The position numbers and the translations under genes are program-made. A model generated the notes under the pieces. The model did not search any database and was not told where the DNA came from. It was given only the letters and a program-made list of their open reading frames with translations. A DNA stretch of 64,000 nucleotides from Yuukianura sp. NJ FZ-2021 (Eukaryota), in the NCBI GenBank assembly GCA_046563655.1, contig CM102284.1, positions 8,494,001 to 8,558,000 of the forward strand, given 5' to 3'. Positions 37,460 to 48,400 of the stretch are shown piece by piece. Position 1 is the stretch's first letter; every line of letters starts with the position of its first letter.

Positions 37460-38794
37460 ATGGCAGGAAACTTTTGGCAGAGTTCGCATTGGTAAGTGCT
37501 GTTTACTTAAAATCTTAATGAAGATTGAAATATGAAAAACGTTTTGAAATGTTTTTGTTTTGTGTTAATTTGCAGGCAACAATGGATACTGGATCGTCAA
37601 GATTTAATACGAGAACGAGCCGTAGAGTTTACTTTGATGACTGAAGAAGAGCACCAGAAGATCTTAATCTTCTTTTGTAATTGTAAGTTAATCCCTTCCC
37701 AACTGATTGTCAACTTGTCATAAACTGGTGTTAAACAATTGAAAATTAAGTGTAAATTCTTTGTTGAATTGCAGTTATCCAAATACTGGGGGAGCAGCTC
37801 AAGCTTCGACAGCAAGTTATAGCAACAGCCGTCGTCTATTTTAAGCGATTCTACGCTCGGAATTCTTTGAAATGTGTTGACCCTCTGCTCTTAGCTCCTA
37901 CTGCCGTCTTCTTGGCCTCCAAAGTTGAAGAGTTTGGGGTCATTTCCAACTCACGACTCGTCAATACTTGTCACCAAGTCGGTAAGATCCAAACACCACT
38001 CATTATCTGGATTCTTCTGGATTAGTTGATCAATCTGTCTCATTTTGGTTGTTTTCAGTGAAGAACAAGTTCAACTATGCTTACACTCAGGAATTCCCTT
38101 ACCGGACGAACCATATTCTGGAGTGTGAGTTTTATCTGCTGGAGAACATGGACTGTTGCCTCTATGTCTACCAACCCTATCGACCTCTAGTCCAATTTGT
38201 TCAAGACTTGGGATACGAAGAACAACTACTCCCAACTGCATGGAAAATGGTCAACGATTCCCTCAGAACTGACTGTGCTCTCATGTACCCTCCATATCAA
38301 ATTGCACTCGGTAAGAAAAGATTCAAGGATTCATTGATTCAACATATTAGTTGCATTCCACATTGTACAACTTTAATTTTCTTGATTTGTATTTGCAGCT
38401 TGTCTGCTCATGTCGTCTGTTGCAATGCAGAAAGATGTAAAGACATGGTTTGCCGACTTGGGAGTTGACATGGACAAACTGCAAGAAATATGTCGATACA
38501 TCCTGAGTATGTATGAACTAATTAGAAGTTACGACGAGAAGAAAGAAATCCAAGGTTTGTTGGCAAAAATGCCAAAACCAAAAACTCAACCGAGTCGGTA
38601 AGATAAGATCTCAACTTGTATCCCTCAAGGTCACTCCTCAATTTGTCATCTCAAAGTTAAGTTAACGGGATCTTATCTTTTAATTGATTTGTGTTAGACC
38701 GCCTTCATCTCAGCAGACACAGGATCCTGGAAGTTCGAGTCAAGGTGACCAAGGGGGAGTTGGAAATAATCAGTCTCAAGGTGGAATGAACTGA
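37460..38794 (+). CDS. CycC: Cyclin C. Exons 37460-37491, 37576-37682, 37775-37981, 38059-38310, 38399-38597, 38698-38794 (or stop at 38601 if the last intron is retained).
   Basis: [63 protein letters not shown]. Confidence 0.96.
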
Positions 38795-39323
38795 AAACTA
38801 GCATCATGTTAACCACCCACCGGATACTTTCTATGACTTTCGTATCTTACCGAGGTCAAGCGGGAGGTCACGAATTGACATGCCCTTCTTTATGCTAAGC
38901 CATTTTTAACTTTTGGTTCTAAGATTTCTGCAAATCTTAAGAGAAACGATACTTCCGGATGCGTTTTAGCCTTGGCCATGCGTATCTGTTTACAGTTTCT
39001 GCGTTTCCAGACGACAAATGACTCAGCAGACTTAAAGTTTTTATCATTTGTCATTAAACTTTTGTGTGAGTCTAACTCATAAAGGAAGGCCAAGTCTGGG
39101 TCAGCAGTTTAATTTCCTTTGTGAAAAGACAGGCAGAGGATAACAATTGTGGTGACAAGGCAGGTCTTGGACGACCTCCTCTGGCCACCCTCCTTCTGGA
39201 GTCAGTCTCTTCCTGGACTTCGTTCTCTACACTCCTCTCGTCTTAAGTCAATACCTCCGTTAGAGTCTAATTTCTAGTTTTTAGTTAGTTAACTTTAAGG
39301 TTTTGACTGGGTCAACTCTAGTG

Positions 39324-42300
39324 ATGCTGTCAACTTCTAGATCTCGGCCCTGGCAACTATTTCTCATTTCCTGCTTCCTTTTACCCAATTTTTATTCCTT
39401 CGTAAGCTCTCAAAGAAGTTGGAGTGGACGCCCCTCGCCTTGCGACCAATGGGACGTCTGCTCTCAAAAATGCCAAGAAAACGCTGGCGGAACGAACGTC
39501 ACTTGCGCATGCCTCGAGCAATTCCGTCTCGGAGCGGATAATCGATCATGCATTGCAAATGGTAAGGAATTTTCACACTTTTTGGCATAAATTTTGAAAG
39601 TTCGAACATTTCTGTAACGTTTTGCTTGTTTTCAGATCCGAGTCTCAAAATTGTTTACGCCCTCAAGAACTCCATCAAAGTTTGGACCGTGAATCGTACA
39701 AGTTCAATTTCAATTGTGGAGAACAAAGGTCAAACGGTGGGCGTGACTGTTGACGTGGCCAATGGACTTGTGTACTGGACAGACGCTGTGCAGGGCAAGG
39801 AGGCAGTGCATCGTGCCAAGGTCAATGGCCAAGGACCAGTCGAAACCATCATAGACACGGGTGAGACTCAATTTTAAAATTTTCAACAAAAGAAGACTGA
39901 GAATTTGAAAAGAGTTAAAAAATTAGAAATTCGTAATGAAAACGTTTTATTTTTAGGTTTGTTGCTGCCGGAAGGAATCGCTTTCGACTGGGTCACTGGA
40001 AACATTTACATTGCGGATTCGAACAGAAGTCAAATCATTGTTTGCAGAGGAGACGGAAAGATTTGTGCAGTTCTCGTCCGAGAAACTTCAATGGACAAAC
40101 CACGTGAAATTGCTTTGCATCCTGCCGAAGGGTACGAAATTCATTTTTAGTCAGATCTTTTGAATTCTAAAAGTTATTTAAACTACTTTTTTTTGTAGAC
40201 TAATGTTCTGGACTGATTGGGGAGAGAAACCTTGCATCATGAGAGCGTCGATGGACGGTTCGAAGCGACTTGCAATTATCGAAGAAGATGTCAAAATGCC
40301 TAATTCTTTGGCAGTTGATCATGGCAGAAATCGGTTGTACTGGACTGATGCTCATCATGACAAGATTGAGACGGTGACGTTGGATGGAGGAGATCGCAGT
40401 GTCGTCACTTTGGACAATGTCCAGCATCCATTCAGCCTCAAAGTCTTTGGTGACATGATTTTCTGGAGTGACTGGGAGTTGATGACAATCCAGGTAAAAT
40501 ACAAAATACTCATGTTTAATCAAAAAGTAAATCAAAAAGTACAAAACTCAAACTTTTGAATTTCAGACTTGTACGAAGTTTGCCTGTCCATCGGATACCC
40601 GCACTGTGATTAACTCTACACAGCGTCCGAACGGCTTAGCAGTTTTCCACCCAGCAGCACAACCTCCAGTACCGAAAAACAATTGCCAAAACAAATGCAC
40701 TCACATTTGTCTCTTGTCTGGCAAAAGTGGATTCACTTGCAAGTGTCCAGCAGGGTACAAGCTGGATTCCACCAAGCAGATTTGCAAAGGTATTTTTAGA
40801 AAAGAAAATCTCACTTTTTCGTGAAAATGTTGTTCCAGTTTTCCTTATACTTTTTTTTTTGTGTTTAGATGACGACTCGAAAGCCAAGATCCTGATTGGT
40901 CATGACCACTTCGTGAAACTCCTTCGGTTCGACAGCATCGGACTGGATGTTGACATTGTAGAGGAGATTAACATTCCGCGATTGAAGCAAATTGGAGCCA
41001 TGATCTACAACCCAGTCAACGACAGTGTCTTCGTGAGTGATCTCAAACTGAAGGGGATCTTCGAGTATAGCTTCACCAGTCGCCGACTTGAGGCTCTCAC
41101 CACTCGTCACTTGGACTCCGTCAAGTCCTTGAGTTTAGGCAAGAGGAAACAAAATTCTATCTAAGGATTGTGTTAATTGTGGTGTTAATGTGTTAATTTA
41201 GATGTGGTTGGAGAGAACTTGTACTGGGTGGACTCAATTCGGCATAAGATTGAAGTTTTGTCCTGCCGAACTGGAGCTAAGGCAGTCATTGCAACGGAAA
41301 CTGATCGGCCACAGAGCATCGTCGTCATTCCAGAGGAGAGGTGACTAAAATAATATATTAATTTTTATAATTTGTGATTAATTATATTTCATTTGTGTTT
41401 TGTGATTAGGTATTTGTTTGTGGGTCTTGTTGGACAACGCGGTGGAAGAATTCTTCGTTTCAACATGAATGGCTATGGTCGTCGAACGCTGGTCAGAACG
41501 AAAGGAGGTGAACCAATCTCTCTAACTTACAACGCACAGGTCAACAAAATTTTCTGGTAAGATTTTTACAAAACTGAAAACACTTGATTTCGAAAATTCG
41601 TTTTTTAAAAATAAATACAACACTGTTTATCTTTGAAAATTCGTTAATTTTTATACCAAGTTTAAAAAAAAACTTTGACGCCACATGAGAAATTACGAAT
41701 TTCAGACACAGAAATAATGGAATTTTGAGACGAGTTAAATTGCAACTGGCGTCTAGCTTAAACTAAAAAATGATGATGATTATTATTATTATTATTATTT
41801 TTTTACATTTTTTTTTAATTGAAATCATAATTTGAATTGCAGGATCGACATGGAGGCGGATACAATCCAGCAAATGTCGCTCAATGGAAGGTCGCAAGTG
41901 ACAGTGCAGCGATCAGGCAACCCCTACGGATTGACCAGTTTTGGCACCAGGATTTTCTGGACGGATAGATTCAGGCAACTTCTGCACTCCATGGCTGTGT
42001 TCGGATTGGAAACCAAAGAAGCTCCACTCTTCGTGGGACACGTCGATGACAAGCACTCAAACGGAACATGGGAGAGCTACATCTGGGGAAACTTCCATGC
42101 TGGACTGTCCATCATGCACAAGGACATGAGTGTCTACGACAACTTGACGCAGTGGCACGACTGCTCCACGCACCACTCTGCCCAAAGTCGCAAGTGCTCC
42201 CACATTTGCCTCATTTCAGAGAAAGTGAACGTCGGAACTTGTGTCTGTCCGGAAGGAATGCAACTCAACGACGATGGAGCGACTTGCTCATGGACAAAAA

Positions 42301-43649
42301 CTTGTCTGGCCACTCAGTTCCAGTGCAACGACAAACACTGCATCGACAGCGACTGGGTTTGCGGTGAGTTTCAAAGTCAAAAACTACTTTCTCAGTTTCT
42401 GAACCATTTTGAAATCATTTGTTGTTGTTTAGATTCTGTTGCGGATTGTGCTGGAGGAGAAGACGAAGCGAACTGTCAGGGCGTCATGGCCAGTCACTGC
42501 TCACCCGTTACTGAATTCTGGTGTGAAATCTCACAACGGTGTATTCATTTAAATTGGAGATGCGGTAAGAATTCAATGTGTTCACTTAGTTTAAAAAATC
42601 CAACTCATTTTATTCCAATTTCTAAAAAATGTTGAACTTCTTAGATGGTGAGGTGGATTGTGCCAGCGGCGAAGATGAGCAGAACTGCGTCAATGGAACC
42701 AATACTCACTCATGCTCTCTAGGTACGCTTTTATGAAGTTTTACTTTTCAGAATTTTCCAGATTTTCGAAAAAAAAAATTATATTTGATTTTTTTTTGTG
42801 AATTAGATACCGATTTCCAGTGTAATGATGGGCGTTGTATCCCAATTTCGTGGAGATGTGACAACCGCAAGGAATGTGCAAATGGTGAAGATGAAATCGG
42901 ATGCAAAAACGCTTGTCCCGCTGGAACATTCCAGTGCAAGAAGAGTCTCACTCTGGAGTGCATTTCTGTTGACTGGCTTTGCGGTTAGTTCCAATTCATC
43001 TAATTAATTGAAATAACAAAACTAATCATGCGAGTTGTGTTTTAGATGGGATCAAGGACTGTGGCGATGGAAGCGATGAAGAACTTTGCGGTGAGCTCGC
43101 GAATCTCAAAATCTCAAACAATCCTGGCATTAACAGTTTTATTTTATTTGATTTTCGTTTTTTATATCCAGAAGTGGAACCCCGCAATACATCGAGCAAA
43201 CCACCGTCCAAGAAATCAGGATCCTCCAAGGCAAAAGTGGACCGAATCCAAGAGGATTCGGCTCAAAAGATCCAAGCGATTCCGGAAGAAGCGTCGTCTC
43301 GTGGATCGTCTTCCGTGGGTTGGTGGATCTTTGGGATTTTCGTTGTGCTTTTCATGGTGGGAGGAGCTGTGGGCTACGTTTTTCATCGGAAGAGACTTCA
43401 CCCCAAAATTCTATTCGAACGCTATGCTCGCCATATCCCGTAAGACTAAAAATATACTAATTATTTACACAATTACTACTTGTAAAGTCAAACTGATTGA
43501 ATTACTTGTGATTTCTAAGGGTGAAATTCAATATTCGAAGAGGCGTGAGTCGTGATGGAGGAGATGAGGAAACGTATCAAGATTTCTCTGATGCTCGAGG
43601 AGCTTCATCAGACAACGCAGGATTGTTGTCCAACATGGATCATATTTAA
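39324..43649 (+). CDS. LDL-receptor-family protein (vitellogenin-receptor/LRP-like, ~1020 aa, 15 exons): signal peptide-EGF-YWTD propeller-EGF-YWTD propeller-EGF-4xLDLa-TM-short tail
   Basis: [31 protein letters not shown] and IFWTD repeats; EGF motifs C..ICLL..TCKCP.GY.L; four LDLa repeats ending [29 protein letters not shown]. Exons 39324-39561, 39636-39860, 39957-40131, 40199-40493, 40567-40789, 40869-41138, 41202-41340, 41410-41556, 41843-42363, 42433-42564, 42645-42722, 42807-42983, 43046-43090, 43172-43439, 43520-43649. Confidence 0.88.
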
Positions 43650-43659
43650 CATAATCATT

Positions 43660-44440
43660 GGCTCATTGCAATAAATTATTCGTTTTTGTTATGAAATGGA
43701 GCGTCCCTGAGGCAGAAAGCACTACAAACTTTGTGAATAACTTTTTTAAAATGGGAAAGGATGTTTGAATTTGAAAGTTTTGAATGTAGTGTTCGATTGG
43801 AGAGTGGCCGAGAGCGGAGAAATTAATTTTTTGTGTGGTTGATTTAGACGCCAGTTGAAAATTATTTTTAACTACATAAGGTTTTGCCGGAAACCTTCAA
43901 GACTGAATTATTTAATTTGTTTCATGGCGTACAAGTAGAAATTATAAAAAAAAATTTCATATTTTTATAAATAATTCTTATATTTTTTGTATTTATAATT
44001 ATTTTAACTAGGGAATTAACTCCTCTCTCTTCATTTCCACAATCCAATTAATCAACTAACTTAATTCCAACTCATTTGCCCTCTGCAAAACTGCAATTTG
44101 ACTTTAATTTCAACCCTAATCTATTCTATTCTCATTGTGAAATCAGTTTAACATTGCCAAACTGTCAATGTCAAAGGTAAAATTTTATCTATGTCGGATC
44201 TCATACTTAACAATAACCGTTCGCTCATTGCAATAAAATATTCGGTTTTGTTATGAGACTGGGTGTTCCTGCGAATGAAATCACTGCAAAAGGGAATTTG
44301 CACGCTTTTGGATAAGACACTTTTGGATCAATCAACACTAATTAATTAACACTGGCTTAATTAATTTTTTGTTATAAAGTTATGTAAAATATGATTCTGC
44401 AACTGAAATGGAGCGTTCGTGCAATAGAAATCACTGAAAA
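43660..44440 (+). repeat. Local diverged duplication of the receptor's 3' end / poly(A) region
   Basis: GCTCATTGCAATAAA..ATTCG..TTTGTTATGA..AA.CACT.CAAA at ~43661 and ~44223; a partial third copy GAAATGGAGCGT..GAAATCACTG at ~44405. Confidence 0.65.
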
Positions 44441-44598
44441 GTTGAATTTTTAATGAATTTTCTAAAATAGGAAAGCATTGGAGAAAGCATGTGTTTGAAT
44501 GCTGGCGGAGTAATATCGATGAATTTGATTCGTGATTTGTACTAGCTGTGGAAATGATCGTGACCTCCAAGTTCAACTTTTGAAAGAGTCTTTTGCAT

Positions 44599-44790
44599 GG
44601 GGAGATAGGCGAGAGAGCAGAAAAGTAGATCGGAGATTATACGAAGCGAAGAGGCAGATAGGGCTTTTGCTCTTGTGTGCTTTTTGTATAGGATGGAAGT
44701 GGCGGGAAAAGTAAAGAGGCAGGAGGGAGTGTAGCCTTCGTGCTTCGTATAATCTCCTTTCAACTTTTCTTGTCTTCTGCCTATCTCCCA
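44599..44790. repeat. Inverted repeat with ~55-60-bp arms
   Basis: GGGAGATAGGC..GAAAAGT.GA..GGAGATTATACGAAGC pairs with GCTTCGTATAATCTCC..TCAACTTTTC..GCCTATCTCCC. Confidence 0.8.
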
Positions 44791-45074
44791 ATGTTAAACT
44801 TCAATTCAAAATGAGAGTGGGTGACAAGGGTGGTGTGCAGTAACTCATTCAAAAACCACACAAATTCAGAGGGTGACAAGAATTGTGCGCGTAACTGCTA
44901 CACCAACCACATAAATTATTCAAACACTAATTTCAACTTTTTTCCCGCGTCGAAACATAAGCCAGTGCTTTATTTTATGATTAATCGATTAATATGTCAA
45001 TTAATAGGGAAAATTGATTTGTTTCATCTTCATCGGGATCTCGCCCTGCAGTAGACGGAAGACTGGATTTCAAA

Positions 45075-45374
45075 ATGGCAGCGACTGCTCAGAAACAAGT
45101 ATCGATAGACAAACTAGCAAAGTCTCCATCTGTGCAGAAGAGAAGTATCGGTTTTGGCAATGCCATTCTGGAAAACATGACAAATGCTGAATTGACGATG
45201 ATTCATCGGTTGTCGGGTAACGATCCACAAGTACGCAAGGTCACCATGAGGAAGTTGAGAAAGTGGCTCAATCAAACGTTTCAGACACACGTTTTTTCAG
45301 ATTCTAAACTACTATTTAGTTTAAATAATTATGTACACAATGTGATTGTTGTAAAATTAGGTCTTCTCTTATAA
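45075..45374 (+). pseudogene. RRP1/Nop52-like 5' fragment
   Basis: ELTMIHRLSGNDPQVRKVTMRKLRKWL..FSD resembles the Nop52-domain N-terminus (pattern RLA.N....R.RA..KLRK..). It has a good start context (CAAAATGG), but similarity stops before the WKGLFYC.WM.DK motif and the ORF abuts the TMC 3' end. Confidence 0.55.
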
Positions 45375-45407
45375 ATACTTTTGATTACATTGTTTATTAG
45401 TCCACTT

Positions 45408-48400
45408 CTAATATTTAGAAGATGTGTGTTCATCCGTCTTGTTTTCGTGTTCCAAATCAATTACTTTTTCCACTAGATTGCTGTAAATTGCTCCAGCCTT
45501 TGAAAGACGTCGTGGGTTTCGACGCAGGAGTTGAACTGCTTTGGATGAGAGCATGAGATGTTTGTAGCGACGGGTGGCAGCATGTCGTTTCTCCTTTTCT
45601 GTTAGACCTTCGGTCGCTTCGGCTGAAGCTGGTTCCTCCAGAGTTTGAAGTGAAATACTGTCGTCGCTGCCATTGGATCGGACGGATGTTGAATCTTCAG
45701 CGATTCCGTGGTGCTCTTGAAACAGTTTGGCCAGTGCTTCTTGTTGTTGCAAAAAGGAAGCCAGGTCTGTTGTTTTCCGTTCGTGTTCTCTCTCACGCTG
45801 TTGGATGGAAGAGGCTGAATCCTGACTTTCCCTTTTCTGACGCTCCACTCCCGGAATGTTGTACATCGCTCGCAGAAGGAACTCGCGGTCGACGCGTTCC
45901 AATCGCAGAAGGTCGTGAAGTAAATTCATCGTGTCAAAGTATGCAGCAGTCCAAGCATGAAAAGTGTACACAACGGCACTAAAAAGAAACAGAATTTCAG
46001 AATTGAATTAGTTTTGCAAAATAATAAGCGCAGGATTACCACAAAATGACGATGGCGCAGTATAGAAACCAGGGACTGACCCAGTAGCGAGCAAACTTCC
46101 CAAAGTTGGAAGTCACAACATCTTGAAAAACGTAACTGTACGTCCGATTCGAATAGCCTGACAAAATGAATGGGTTTATGAAAGAAGTTTGATTGATTAA
46201 CTTTGAATTGTTGTTGTTAACCTGCGAATGGTCCACAACTAGCTGAAGGATGTTCTTCCGAGAGGAGCCACGAATTGGAAATGACGACGCAGAGGTATGA
46301 GCAGAAGAAAGCCACAACGTAGGGTGCGAAGATCTCCGACGGATGGACTTGGTACCGAGGGTAGGCACAGAAGTGGTGCAGCACAAACTAAGGGCACAGC
46401 AAAAGATCAAAGGTCAAAGGTCACGTTAAAAAGCGACAATTGTGCCATGTGGACGTTTACTTTCTTCCAGTAGAAAGTGATCAGAAGTCGACCGATGACG
46501 ACGAGTGGAAGGAGTGGAAAAAAGAAAGTTCCGACGCCAGACAAAGTGTGGACGAAGATCAAGTTGAGTGTGAAGTACTCGACGTCGAACACGGATTTCT
46601 CAAACTTCCGCTTCATCCATTTCCTGTTACAAATTAAAAATATTAACAAATTTCAGTTTTTCAACTTAATTTTTAAAAATGAATTACGCTTTGATGACTG
46701 GAAAGAGAATGTAGCGCAGGATTGTGCTGGCAGCGTTTGTAATTCCTTCAAAGACAATCAAGCGATAGATTTCCGTTCCAGTGTCCTCTTCCCAGCAGTA
46801 GTCTGGAGGATACTTCCACTTTGGAATACGAAGCTGAAAAAAAGTTAACAAAAAAACCATCACTGATTGAACTTCTGAATTCTTCGCATTTTCCATTTAC
46901 GCTGCTAGAAATCCAGAATGAGTAGAGGACAGACAGAATGCTCATGTAGAAAGACCCAAGTCTAAAATCATTTCAAAAATTCATAGAAGCAAGTTAATTT
47001 AAATTACTAAACTTAATTAGTTTAAACTACCTGAAGACTGTGACAAATATTTTTTCTTTGGTTGTTTTGAACGTTTCAAAAGACGTGACCCAGCTGCAGA
47101 GTGGAGAGAAGATGTTGAGGACGAGAGAAATGAGGACTGAAGAGGAGATTTCAATGGTGGTTTGCGTGTGTTCTAGCATTTCGTTGTCTTCTCGGTAGGA
47201 TCGACGGGACAGTAAATAGTGAACTCCGTAACCAAAAGCAGCAGCAACTCCCAGCATAATGAAATTTATCACCCAGTGCTTGGCGTTGGCTGCCCAGTAG
47301 TGACCTCCATCGTCACTCTTCTCCGCTGTCGCATCTTCGTCCGGATGGCTTCGTCTGCGCTTGAGCTGATCCTCATATCTGTCCATCATCCTCTGTCAAT
47401 CCAAACATAAAATTTAAATCCAGACTTAATTGATAAATTGAAGTTAAGAGTTGAACTGACGTTAAAGTCCCTGGCGATTGTGCGTCGTTGGACCTTGACT
47501 GCAGTTTCGCTCGTCAAATTGTAGTCCCATGCACTCAGAAAGAGAGAGAAGAAGTTGATGTCGCCTGCTTTGTCGACGTCGCTGATTTTGGCAGTCATGC
47601 GCGTGTAGTACGTTCTCACTTTGAGTCCGATGAAGATGGAGTCCAGGAGAGTGATGAGGATGAGGACGATGAGGAAACGCAGCGCTGTATTCTCGATCGC
47701 TGCTTTTGAACGATCAACTGGAGTGTACTTGTACATGCCGTAGAAGAACTTGGAGGACGAGCGATAACTCTGACAAATTAAACACTGGCATTAGTAAAAT
47801 TGTGACAATTGAATATTCACCTGTAAATATTTAAATTTAAATATGGATCCTCACTTCTGCCAAGAATAAGTCATGTGTAGTGATGTTGTGAAAAGCGTCT
47901 CCAGTGATTACTTCTGGTATAACGATGAATCCAAGTCTAAAAAGTAGTTCTTTTGTTAACTTATAAATATTTGGTAATAAAACTGAAAAATTCTTACGAG
48001 AAGATACAGTAGAGATAGTTCAAGAGCAGGACGGAACGCAGCCAGCGGAAGTACGTCGAAGCACTCACACTGCAAAACACAAACAACAAAGTTACAAAAT
48101 TAACTAAGATTATTTTTATAAATAAGGAAATACCCAAAGTTCATTTCGATTTGATGCAACGGTTCGTGCCAAATTTCAGTCAGTTTGAAGATTTCTCCAA
48201 AACGAACAGTAATCTAAAGAATTAAAATTAAATAAAAATAGTTTCACAATTTCGAAAATATTTAGTTTTCAGAACTAAGTTTTTTCCTGACCGTCATCCA
48301 GACATCTTTGAAAAAATATTTGGCTCGCTTTCGACATCCTTCATTGGCTCGTGAATCCTCCAGTTTTGTCATGACTCCACGCCGCTCTTCCAGATTTCCC

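Noticed and set aside
39324-43649. Calling the receptor arrow/LRP6 or a full vitellogenin receptor
   Set aside because: Only two propellers, no PPPSP motifs and no N-terminal LDLa cluster, so no gene symbol was assigned.
44636-44752. loxP-like half sites TATACGAAG / CTTCGTATA
   Set aside because: Wrong order, ~95 bp apart and lacking the ATAA ends. They are part of a longer inverted repeat.
46036-46410. ORF 46036..46410 as a continuous TMC segment
   Set aside because: The TMC exon 46387-46222 reads in another frame (..HPSASCGPF). Only the 46157-46040 part of this ORF is in the coding frame.
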